A stretch of DNA of 64,000 nt from Auanema rhodensis (Eukaryota > Animalia > Nematoda), in NCBI GenBank assembly GCA_964057225.1, contig OZ059898.1, positions 14,198,001 through 14,262,000 of the forward strand, read 5' to 3'. Below the pieces are notes generated by a model. It was given only the letters and a program-made list of their open reading frames with translations, did not search any database and was not told where the DNA came from. Positions within the stretch are counted from its first letter, which is position 1, and every line of letters begins with the position of its first letter. The position numbers and the translations under genes are program-made. Positions 28,033-40,600 of this stretch are shown one piece after another.

Positions 28033-28787
28033 AGTTGTTGTAGTGTAATGAACCTTATCTTATCTTCACACAATGTTTAGTTATGGATGATTTTCTAGTG
28101 TCGACCTCTTTAGTTTTAAACCTTATATAACCTCATTTATATAATAAAATTATTTTTATTTTAAAGAAAATAATGATAATATTGGTAAGATTAATTAAGA
28201 GAAAGAGAGGGAGAGTGAGTGAGTGAGAGAGAGAGAGAGAGACAGCACGACTATATTCTTCTGCCCACTCAGCTTCAGAAATAATAAACATTTATATTTT
28301 AATAATTATTATATATAGTATGTATGACTAATTCTATTAAGAAGATTAACAGATTCAATTTTTAAGTTCTTATCCATCTCATGCTCCTCCTTTTTTCTTC
28401 ATTTTTATGATCTTGCTACATCATATTTATTTATATTCTCATTTAATCTGCTTAAAACAGAAATATAACCTCGTTCGTTGGTATATTTTAATGTTCAAAA
28501 ACTGATTACAGAATTAGGAAAGACTACAAATGAGATATTGACTTACATAGATGGTCATTAGCTTGACATGAGCACAGACCAGGAGCAGTTACAATCATTT
28601 CGTCTAGCTCTCTCTTTCTCTCTCTCTCTCTCTCTTTCTCTCTCTTATATTTTTTGTATTCGAATCTCTATTAATCATTTATTTTTTTCTCTTTGCTTTG
28701 CTTGAATATTCATTGCTTCGTCTTCATCAATGGCTTAAGGTCAAAAATGATATCAAATTGAAGTACTTTGAAGTTTATATCTTTATC

Positions 28788-28835
<48 letters not shown>

Positions 28836-29146
28836 AAGGGAGAGAAAGAGAGGGAAAGAAAGGAAGAGAGAGAATGAAACATAAAATACAAATATCAATT
28901 TGAGGTATTAAATCCAATAAACATTTTGAAGAAAATTATATAGAAGGTTATCCAATTAATCAAATATATAACTTTCATTTCTTTATAAAGTTAAAGGTTA
29001 AATATATATATACTTGTTTACATATAGTTATATATGTATAATAAACAAATAAATATTGTTTTAATTAGATTTTCTCTTTATTATGTCATCATCAACTTCG
29101 AAAGCTATAAAGCTTGAAAGGTAAAATTCTTCGTCTAGTAGTTTAA

Positions 29147-30010
29147 TTATATTTCCTCTTCATATGGTGCAGACGCAGATTTCATACGCTGAAAAAAAGA
29201 TATATAATGAATTTACATCTAGGTTTAAGTGATTTTTTTCATTTTTCGTAGAACGAAGTATTTGCATATTGTATAATCATAAATATTATAATTATATTTT
29301 AAGTTTAAAGACAAAAAAAAAGAAAAAATGTAGAGAGATTAAGATATTTGTCACCTGTCGGATGTATATGTAAAATCTGCGATATATGGGTGTCTTTCGT
29401 CCGTAACAAATGTAGAATATTGCAACTCCAATAAAGAATAGCATCAAAAAGAAAACAAAAGCATAAATACTGCAAATAATGAAAATTTGTTTTATTTTTC
29501 TTCAGAAGAAAAGAAAAAAAATTTTTTTTGGTAGTTCATGATGGATGAAGAGACGAACGATAGAACGAACCTATTTATTTTCGGACAACAGTTAATTCCA
29601 CAACAAATACTATTAATATCACAAGTATATGTTATATTTCCACTATAAACATTCTCCAAAAATGTATATGTCTATAAGAAAATTATAAAAAAATATATAT
29701 AAGAGAAAGATAATAATTATTTTTTTTTAAAAAAAACTACAATTATGATGAAAAATGATTCACAAAATGAAAAAAATGCTTACCTTTTTCTCTTTTAAAC
29801 GTTCAATTTCATTGAGTTCATAGTAACAAATGACACGATCAGTAACATTTTCTGAATCTGATAGAAGAGTTCTGTAAAATATAGAATTTTAGCTCATTAA
29901 AGATATGAAATAGTTAAGAATTGAATTAACTGATAGAAATGAAGTAACACAACTTACAGTGATAATATTGATGGACACTCAAAAACCAATAAGAAAAATG
30001 GAATAATCAT
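29147..30010 (-). CDS. Single-pass membrane protein with a nematode CX-like Cys-rich module, about 142 aa, 5 exons
   Basis: In-frame splicing gives a signal-like N-terminus, VICYYELNE...NITYTCDINSICCGINCCP, a TM segment (IFIICSIYAFVFFLMLFFIGVAIFYI) and a basic tail ending SAPYEEEI*. Confidence 0.75.
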
Positions 30011-31381
30011 TTGAATATACTTTTTATGTAATTTTTGAATTTTCGTTTGAAAGTATATAGATGAACGTTATTCTATTCCTGGAAAAAAAAGAATTTACAT
30101 AAGGAAAAAATGATATTAATTGGCTGAGAATGTACTGGCGGAATATATGTATATGTGTGTATACATATATTCGTATGTAAGCTAAACAATGCTGATAACT
30201 CTCAGCAAAAAATGTAAGAAAAGTAAGAGATAGAGAGAGAGAGATAGGAAGAGAGAGAGAGAGAAAGAGAGAGAGAAATAGAGAGAGAGAATGAAGAACA
30301 TGCAAAAGAAAGCTCCGCTTTTGAACGTTGTCATGGTGATGAATATATGAACTACATGTGTGAATGTAATTGAATGAAGAGCTAACGAATTAGAGAGAAG
30401 AAGCAAAAAATATTATAGAAATAGAATAATCAATGGAATTTAATAGATTTTTAAGCATTTTATTTGGAATATGATGGAAAAAACAATGGAACAAGGCGCT
30501 TATATTAAGAGGAAAAGTATGAAAAATTCCTTATTCACATACTTTGGATTTTTTGAATTTGCCATCAAAGTGACAACATAACATCAAGTTATCTTCCAAA
30601 GTGTATAAGCTAAACTATGTTCTTCATAATATTTTAGACGTTCAACTATTTGATATTCATGAGTATTGGAGAATAGATACAAAATGCTTTTGAAACATTT
30701 CTCTATGAGATTACAATTTCCAGCTTTTGCTAGATATTTCCATCAACTTCATTGTAGTTCTTCTGACATAGCGTAGCATTTCAGATAAAAATTGAAATAT
30801 TCGCCGAATTTTAGGTTTCACAATGCTGAATTTCACAAAAAAAAATTCATTGATTAATCTGGTCAAATTAGTGTGTCCATTAAGAAAATGATGAAACAAG
30901 TCCATAAATGGAGGGCACAAAGCAATGATTACTCAGATGATCAAGATTGTACTGAAACAAATTGCATAATTTCTTGTTTTTAAGCAAATTCAACTGGTTT
31001 TTTTAACCTTTTCCTTTAAAACAAATTTGAATATAACTAAACTAATTATATAAATATATATATGATCAATTGAAGTTTAACTATATTAACTATATGTATA
31101 AGTATCGTATACATTGATTATTAGGCCTTGAACTATGTAGTTTGGATATTACTAACTATCACTTTATCCCTTCTTTTTCTATCAAAACATCAATATTGTT
31201 TTTTCTTTATATTGATTTGTATTACATTTTGATTTTTTTTCTTCGTTCCTTAATTCCAACTTATCTCATTTTCCTCTTTTTTTTTGAATGTTTTTTTATT
31301 GAATTTTAAAACTATATAGATTATATTAAATTATATATAATATTATTATTTTAAGAATTATATATTATTTAAGGTAAAGGT

Positions 31382-31808
31382 ATGGTGTTGAAAACGATTT
31401 TTTTGCTCCTCATCACTGTTGCAATGGCTGTTATTCCAGCATTTACGATGTTGGCATATTTCCAATCTATCTTTCCATGTGTTTCCAAGATAACGACTTT
31501 ACCTTTTCTTGTGATCTACTTAATACAGGTTGAACTTAATTTTATCAGCTTAACTATGCATATATTTATATATATATATATATTCTTCAATATTAGAAGT
31601 ATATCTATAATATCTATTTTAGGCTGCTTTTGTGTTGATTATCGGATTTTCTGCAATGATGATCTATGCTGATTTTATGTTTCCTCTCGTCATGCATATT
31701 TTTGGATATATATTCACAAAAGCTGGCTTATCATCATCTAGCTCATCATCATCAAAAGAAGACAAATTGAAGAAATCGTTTAAGAATCGTAAAATACGTA
31801 GTCAATAA
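31382..31808 (+). CDS. Small orphan multi-pass membrane protein, 110 aa, 2 exons
   Basis: Exons 31382-31528 and 31623-31808 join in phase 0. About 3 hydrophobic segments, then a Ser/Lys-rich tail. An upstream exon is possible (acceptor near 31373). Confidence 0.6.
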
Positions 31809-32059
31809 TTATGTTTTAACAAATAATAATAAAAAAGAATAATTAATAGAAACAACTTAAATATATATTTATGTATTTTTTTTTAAATTTAAATTATAAT
31901 TATAAATAAATTTTTATATAATTTTAATATGCTAATTATGCGTATATATGTACATATCAGTATATATGCTAATCAAAAAAAAACACATTTAGTTTACGTG
32001 AAATTCACGTGAGAAGATACACGTGCATTCTTATTTTGTTCTCACGTTAATGAAATAAT

Positions 32060-33106
32060 ATGAATTCTCCAAATAACCCTACAAAGTCATTAAATTTTCT
32101 TCTTTTTTTTTTATTATATTTTACTAAATATATATATTTAATTATTATAATAATTATGAACATATATTTATATATTTTTTTTGCAGATTAGATAAAACCC
32201 CTGCTTCGCCTGCAGCCGATTCTGACGATAAGACGATTGATGAAGTAAAATTTGAAAAAAAAAATATTTATATAAATGTTCAAGTATTGTTTAAGGCGAA
32301 TGACGTTATGCCTGAAATGGAGTGTTGTGATGGTGCATGTGGAAAGCTGATGCTGCGACATGATTTGAAGAAGCTTGAATGCCATCATTCTTTCTGCCAA
32401 AAATGCATTATTTTGGAAAATTTAGGCAAGAAGCTCAATATAGTATAACTATATATTCATATACTTATATATCTATGATCACATATTTATATATATATAT
32501 ACTTATAATAGAAAATTCTTTAATCTTTGAAGATATTATGAAAATCTCGTTTAGAACAGCATAATAGCTGCTTTAATCCTAATACATCCAGTATGGCTTC
32601 GGACTCAGTGATCTCATGTTCATCGGTGATTTTTATAAAAAATTTAAAAAAAGGTTTTAGTTTGTTTCTTTAATTTCAATGTTACAGTCAGATTCATCAA
32701 ATGTGGACATTTTGACCTTCAAATATGGTGATGTTATGAAAACATTAGATTGTTCTAATTTAACATATGGTATGTGATTATCATTCAAACAAAAAAAAAT
32801 CTTTTTTTTTTCTTTGGTCTTTTTTTTCTTTTCGAAATACGTTTTTAGGTCAACTTCTTTTAAGATTAGCTAGCGAATTTGATATTGCTAAAGAGAAATA
32901 CTTATTTCTTACATGGGATACTAATACTATGGTAATTTAAAATTGATCAATTAACTATATATATATAATTAAATTAATATAATTATATATATATATTATA
33001 GGGAAGTGATAGTAAAGAACTACATCAAATACAATATGATGATTCTGTGAGTGTATTAAGCATCTCAAATAAAGCCATAGTACATTTACATGTTGTCGAA
33101 GAATAA
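32060..33106 (+). CDS. Degenerate RING-like zinc-finger protein with possible beta-grasp C-terminal domain, 7 exons, one GC-AG intron
   Basis: MNSPNNPTK|LDKTPASPAADSDDKTIDE|ANDVMPEMECCDGACGKLMLRHDLKKLECHHSFCQKCIILENL|EQHNSC... ending VHLHVVEE*. The frame is kept only with the AG|GCAAG donor at 32426. Confidence 0.7.
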
Positions 33107-33595
33107 ATTCTCATTAAAAACAAACGTATCGTTTGCTCCTTATTTGTTCTTTTGTTGTTGTTTATATTTTTCATCTATTTACTTTAATTATTCTTTTTTT
33201 TTCCTTCTTTTTTAATGGAAAATATATAATATTATAGTTTTGCCAAAGAATGATTTATTATTAAACAACAAATATCAACAAATAAGTTTGATATGCTTTT
33301 AGCAACAAAACAACATCAGATATTTCTAATTTTCTCGGCTTTTTCATTTACAAACAATTAATTTTATTCATTTTTTTTGTTTTCAAGAAAGCAAATACTA
33401 ATCATTTGAATTAATATTTGAGAATGATGGGGCCTGAGAAAATTTCGAAACAGAAACCCGATAACTTGAATGAAGATTATGTTTTTGCTGATATATTATG
33501 CATTTTTTAAGCGATAACCAAAAAAGAAATTATTAATAAAACTTTTTTGATTTTTTTTTTTCAAAATTTTTTTTTGTGTGTATTCTTACTCTTGT

Positions 33596-34772
33596 TTAGA
33601 GCTCATCCTTCTTGATGAGCTTTTCAAGAGTAATCTCGAAGTAGAGGGTAGCCTTTCCTGGGATTTGTGGAGAACGTCCTTCATCACCATATCCTGAAAA
33701 AGAAAATATTCAATTAATTATTATATATGTTATATAATTGATTATTTAATTATAAAAAAGAAAAAACTAACCAAAGTCGGATGGGATGGTAACCTTTCTC
33801 TTCTCACCCTCACACATGTTAGTCATGGCAATGTCCATTCCCTTGATAACTTGCTGAAAAAGTAGTAAAAATTAAGAATACGCTGAAGCATTTTAGAAAT
33901 AAAAGTGTATATGCTAAAACTTACTCCTCTGTTCAACTTGAAGATGAATGGAGCATTACGAGAGAAAGAAGAATCGACGAAGGTTCCGTCTTCAAGATGA
34001 AGAGTGTATTGTTGGTGGATGGTATCTCCAGATTCGGATTTACGGCACTTATCTTCTTCGATCTTGTGAGTTTGCTACAAAAAGATTGAAATGATATTAA
34101 AAGAATGGCGAAAAGGTATCTAGTCTACCTCGATGATAATTCCTTCTTCAGTGGTCCACTTCTCTCCTGGGATAGAACGGAAAATATCAACAAGTTGGAC
34201 GGTGTAGTAGAGAGTCTGATCACCTTCGATAGCATCTCTGCAGAAAAAAAGTATATGATAAGAACTATTTTCATTAAAGAAATGATGACTAATACCTTTC
34301 TCTTCCCTTCTCTCCGAATCCAAGAGCAGATGGAATGACGACCTTTCTCTTCTCTCCGATGCACATACCAGTCATAGCTCTGTCCATACCAGCAATAACT
34401 TGGTTCTTTCCGAGAGTGAAAGTATATCTGTAAGTATTGATTTCATGTTAAAGAATTATTTCTTTCATGACATACGGCTTCTTTCCGAAGTTAGATCCGA
34501 CTTCCTTTCCATTCTTGTCAGTTAATTTGTAATATTGGTCAACAACATCACCGGCTTGAGACTTGATCTTACATTTCTCAGCCTTTATTGGCTTGATGAT
34601 CTTAATTTCAAGTCCATCCTCGTCCTAAAAAAGTCGATTATAGAACGATCTTTCAATTACAAGAACAAGAAGACGTTATAGGATGTCTGCTACTTACTTT
34701 CCAGTTAAGTTTTTGTTCTTCCTCACAATAGACAAGGGCGGCCAAAGCCAACAGACAGATAATCTTGTTCAT
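33596..34772 (-). CDS. ER-resident two-domain FKBP peptidyl-prolyl isomerase (fkb-3/4/5 group)
   Basis: Signal peptide [16 protein letters not shown], two FKBP domains ([24 protein letters not shown]; [24 protein letters not shown]) and C-terminal KDEL. TTTCAG acceptor 3 nt before the ATG. Confidence 0.95.
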
Positions 34773-36967
34773 TACCTGAAATATGAATTTAAAATTAGTA
34801 AATTATTCACTCAATGAAGATATAATTAACGAGAATTTCGAAATGGTATAAGAAAATGCTTTAAAACGATGAGACAAGTTTTACAAGTGGCCCATTGGCG
34901 TCGTTGTAGCTGGTCCAAGTTACATCTGATTCTCTATATCGTAACTGTCCATCGGACATGTCCATGGTGGGCGGTAGGCAACGTCAGCATTCTCACAGCT
35001 TTAAGACAACTATGAAGAATGACGATTGACATGCAAAAGTAAAGACGAAGTCAAGGAGAGAGGGGAACAGGTCAGTATTGCTGAATGATTTTAATAGTAA
35101 GAGAAGTCGATAAAAATCCGGATAGTTTCGTGTTTACGCTCAAGTTTAAGTCAGAAATCACCATTCGTGCAAAGGGTTACAGTCTTTTTCAGTTTTTTTA
35201 TTTCATATTCGATGAAACAGAATTTCATCAATATAGTAATAGTTGGATAAAACTATACAATGGGAAGATAAGCAGTAAAATAGATTCGTTTTATAATCAA
35301 AACACCACAAAACTGGAGGGTTACATCTAAACTTTCAAGACTGAATTGCAAGAATTGGCATTCTCATATGAAAATGAGACTGTTTCGTGACCAAATATAC
35401 TATGGTTCTACGACAAATCACAAAAATTCATTAAATGAAGATAGAACAGACGATAGATAGAGCTATAAGTCCAGCATCAGCATCAGCATCAGACGACAGT
35501 AACGCCGAAGACGTCTTCTGTCCGATCGTCGTCGTCGACCTCTAGGTCACGGGCAAACTGGTTATAGAGATGTTGAGAAGAACATGAACAGAGGTGGTCA
35601 TATAGAGATATATATCCATATATGTATATAAAGAGAGAGGTAGAGAGACAGAGAGAAAGGGAGAGTGGGAGTGGGAAGAAGAATGGATATAGAGAGAAAG
35701 AGATACCAGTGCTACGGCGGGATAGATCAGACACTCAGAAAGAACCAAGAAGCAATTCGTGAGATTCATTTAGAAGTTTTCAAAAAAAAAAAAGAATCGG
35801 ATCCCCCTTGTATGTATCACAAGGTGAGCGCAGTTAAGGTGGTACGATTTATAACTGACTTTTGCTGAAAGGAATTAAGGATATTGAATGTTTTCGATTA
35901 AAATTTCAATTTTTATGAACATTTTGGATAACTGGACTAGAAGTTGAAGAAGAAGAACAGAGTGATGTGTTGCTAAGAAAAGAAAGATGGTAATCGATGG
36001 CTCTCATCTTTTTCTGGAAGTTAGTGTTTAGAAGGATGGAGATTGGACAGCAGCAGAAGGCGAAAAGTCTGTTCTGGATCTGTTCATCTCAACACATGTT
36101 GCAACTGACCTTTCACAAAAAGCTTAATACACCAGAAAAGCTAATGACTAATCTAAAATAGACGAATGTTTAGATATATAATCCAAACAACTAGTATAAA
36201 GAAGAAAATGTTCTAATACGAGTCTAAAATTTGCTTTTATCATCTAGGAACTATGATCTCTTATCGAAACTATGAGAAAGAAATGTATAAATTGAACTAG
36301 AAAATTAGAACTAATAGTCTTAAACAGAAATTTCTATTATTTCCTAAATCAAAAAGGGAATCAAAGGCGTTTTCTCGTTTATTTTCTAGGATAATAGTCT
36401 TAAATACTAAAATGAAACATAGCACAGACATTCGAAAAAGCCAATGTGTAGAAAATCAGTTGGCGCTCTTAGGTCAAATGAATGAAAATCGAACTGCAAA
36501 TGAACAACTAAGAAGACGATACTGAATTCGTTTTTTTTTTTTCATTTCATAGAAAAAGTAGAAGGGATTTAGATTTTCATAATCGAAATGAAAAAGAAAA
36601 TGAGAAGAGAAGGAGAAGAAAATATAAACATATTACATAGCTAAGTAATATTTATATACGAAGAAGAGACTCAAACTCAAAGAGCCTGCACTACTTCGGT
36701 CATTTTCTGACTGTTTTCTGTGGTTGTAATAGTTGAATGACCTCGAGCAGAGGGAGGACCTAAGATATTGATTGGATCTGAAAAGATAAAAGCCGAATTC
36801 CACCTTGACCTTCCTACTATGCCAACTTTCCTTACGGCTCGGATTTACCTTGTATTTTTGGCAGCATATTAACTAACTAATAATATCCTATAAGAAATAG
36901 GAGCTTGAAATTTGGAATCTGATTAGGTTGCTGACACTGATGTAAAAAAAAGTTTTCTATTTTCAGT

Positions 36968-37040
36968 GGTCCTGTGGTGTAGTGGTTATCACGTCTGCTT
37001 TACACGCAGAAGGCCGCCGGTTCGATCCCGGCCAGGACCT
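36968..37040 (+). tRNA. tRNA-Val (anticodon TAC)
   Basis: Acceptor stem GGTCCTG/CAGGACC, A box TGGTGTAGTGG, anticodon arm TCTGC-TT-TAC-AC-GCAGA, B box GGTTCGATCCC, downstream T run. Confidence 0.97.
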
Positions 37041-37191
37041 ACTTTCGTTTTGAAATTTTTAGTGAAGAACCGAACATAATTTTTATATTTGAGCAATGTT
37101 TATTTTATAAAATTTGCGAATGAAAGTGTCAGTGATGAGACATATAATAAAATATTTTGTGAAACATAATTTACATAATTAAGAAGATATA

Positions 37192-37393
37192 TTAAAAGAA
37201 GTTTATTCTATCTTCTTCAATGCGATTAAATAGTTTAAAACCGAGGATAATGCCAGTAATCTAAACAAAATTAATTATTTTCTTGAACTAAATCTCATTA
37301 GTATCATACCTCTATTATGGAGAGCGTGATAATAATAGCAAATATTGCAGAAAAATGAAGTAAATTTTGAGGATAAAGACGTTCAATGCATCC
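37192..37393 (-). CDS. Alternative terminal exon pair of the tetraspanin (second TM4 plus tail)
   Basis: Exons 37393-37310 (GCIERLYPQNLLHFSAIFAIIITLSIIE) and 37260-37192 (ITGIILGFKLFNRIEEDRINFF*), both phase 0, paralogous to the proximal last two exons. Confidence 0.7.
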
Positions 37394-37614
37394 CTAAATT
37401 TCAAAATAAAGTAATAAAACTAAGAAAATACTGCTGAAATCTTATATTTATATTTACGAAAATAAAAGAAAATAAACATTCAGCTTAAAATGAGCCATAA
37501 AATGACACAAACCATTGAAGCAATCATGCATACATCACAATATCAAAAACCATATTGAGCTGCCACATAGAACTTGATAGCATCATATACACATATTAGC
37601 TTATGCGGCTTTTC

Positions 37615-40600
37615 TCAAAAGTATTCGTCTTCGGTTGCTATTGAATTACATAGCCAAAAGCCAACAACTATACCAAATACCTGAGAGAAAATAAAATGTT
37701 ATAGAGGTGTTAAAATGATTTGTTTATCATTGTTGTCGAACATAATGTAATTACCTGAATTAAAGCAATAAAGACAACAGTCCATGCTACAATTTTGAAG
37801 TGAAAAGCTAATTCTTGGAAGGATTCAGCTATTTTCTCGTAACAACCCTGTAATATCACAACATCGAAAGCTTTAAAATGCATAACAATACGCTAACAGG
37901 CTATATCTACACTATATCTATACTATATCTACACTATACTATATGTATAATATAAATAAATAAATATATAACTCACGTCTTTATATCGAGAAATTAAATG
38001 GCACGGTCTTTGAAGTCGGCCATTCAGTGGAGGACAGCATGCAGGTGGAAAAGCATATTTCCCTTTCGTTAACAAGAACCATCCAGATTCGTTGAATTCG
38101 CCTTTTTTGGAATCCACTCCGCAGCAGTTTTTCTATAACATTAAACTATTCATAAATAAATATAAATAATTGTTCACCTCTTGCATTAGCTTATCCCATG
38201 CGGTTTTAACTAGTATGCTGTCCCCTTTTTGCCACGGGCCATCTGTTCCATTATACATTCGTAATGATGATCTAAGAATTTCCCGAAAATCATTTTCAAA
38301 CTGAAATTTATAAAATTAAATAATTATAAAATATAATTAAAAAATAAATGAAAATATGTATATATTGTATATTAACCATTCTTTGCATATGCATAAAAGA
38401 AAATGAAATGTTCACGTCTTCACGACTTTCACGTGAATTTTACGTGAACATTTAGCGCGCTATTTAAAAAAAATGTTTTTTTAAACATTGTTCCCTTTTT
38501 CATTATTAAAAGCTGCTCCCTCTTTCTTGTTATTCTTATTTTTTTTATTTCCTTTCTAAGAAATATATATATATATATGTTTTTTATTGTGAACCTAATA
38601 TTGCAAAGAACATTTTCAAAAATAATTCTTTTAAACAAAAAAAAGAAAGAAAAAGAAATGTAATTTGATGAAGTATTCATATATAGACAATCTTTGTTCG
38701 AACCCCACAAATATAAAATGATAGATTTTCATGCTAAAATTTATTTATTTTTTCTTTTAATTTGTGGATATACTTCTATACTTTTTGAATTACCCGAGAT
38801 AAATCAGAAATTTGCAGAACAATTAATGAGTTTTGTGATTAGTTTTTTTCGAAATGAGGGTAGATATTGATGATCAGTTGCAGTTGATGAAAGTGCTTTG
38901 TCTTTCAAATATTTGAAATAGTAATTAGTAATGAAATTAAACATAAATCTTCCTGATTTTTGTTTTAACAACTGTTACAAGTCTATCTCAATATAATTGA
39001 AAACTAGTATGTTATGTACTAGCTTTAAAGCTGAGACTTTTCACATTGGCAGATAAAGAGAGACAAAATGATAGAAGGAGAGAAAAAGAGAAACAGAGAA
39101 AGTGACAGGAGATGCATAAAAAGTTTTTTTTTCTTTGAAAAATATCTAATCTTTTCACATCTTGTACAACCGATATACAATAATAAGTTGTAGCTGTTGT
39201 TATTGATATCAGAATCCGTGCTCATTGGAGGAGATGTTGAATGTAAGCAGCACGACATACATCGACAATACTTTCGGATGAGACGTGAAATGATGAGGAA
39301 GGAAAGAAGATGCCTACTTCATGGCTTCCGCGCTATTGCATCCGTAATCATTACCCTTCCCCCCCCCCCCTTCAAGAGAGTTCTTGAATTCTATATCTTC
39401 TATCATCATCATCATCATCAACCTTTTTTTCGTTCATCATCTGCGTACTCAGAGTATATTCTTTTCACATGCAAAGTAAAAAAAAATAGAAAAAGAAGAA
39501 AAATGTTCAAAACATTTGAAAAAACAACAGTCCCTCACGGTGTTAGTTACACACATATGTTTATCTAGAGATGTTCGTTGCAGAACTTTTTTTTTCTTTT
39601 TTTTTTTGATTTTTTCAGACCAAAAGATGATGAATTCAGCATTTTTATCACTTACCATATTACTGTGCATGGCAGCATATATAGCAGCAGTTATCTCGGT
39701 AGCCAAAATGATCATTAAGCATGTAGCATACTGAAAAAAAAAGTTAAAAAGCCATGTATAAACCAATAAATCACTTAAACACCATCGTATTTTGCTATCA
39801 GCCTTTATCACAAATATTATTTAAGTGATAGCAAATGAAATTGCAAGAAAGGTGAAGCATGAATAAAAGGAATGAATAAGATTTGTATTTATTATTATTT
39901 TCGAATTTTCTTCATAAAATTAGAATGAAATTTGATATTTTTTATAATAAAAAAATTCTATAATCCCTCACAAACTTATTGGATATGAAATTGAGCAATT
40001 ATTAGATGAATACATATGTTTTACAGACTCTGCTCGACATTTCATTATTTTGACTGAATTCAGAATAAAGATATTTGTTATTCAATACGTAAAATGTAAT
40101 TTTTATGCTCCATTTGCCTACTTTGTTCTTTGAAATCTGTCAAAAGTGCATAATGTAATTGAAATATAAGTTTGACGCGAAGTTTTCGATTTCGATTTCA
40201 GCTTCATATCTTCATATTTCCATTTTTTTTAAAACTGAAACATCTATTCTATTAAGCTTCCCCTCATCTCATTCAACATCTAACATCGTGCTTTTTGTGT
40301 TATTTGGTTAGAGTATCAGCAATATACACTTTAATATTAGCAATTGCTCATAATGATTTCTTCAGTTAAGGTCATATTGCATGAGGAAGTGAGAAGAGTC
40401 TCATTCGTTCGCTTGCTCGTTTGATCAAAAAAAATGTCATTTCAACGTCCATATTGTCAATTTTGAATTTCATCTATAGAAGTGGTATTTGAGTGCCCTT
40501 CTGTATTTATCTTATCTGTATATATTCATTTATCTGCATAAACCTCACATAGACACAGGACACACAAAACACCCCCACGTCGTAAATCATTTTCAATTGA

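Noticed and set aside
36800-36835. Minus-strand KVGIVGRS resembles the ABCC Walker A prefix
   Set aside because: GxGKS and the rest of the domain are absent.
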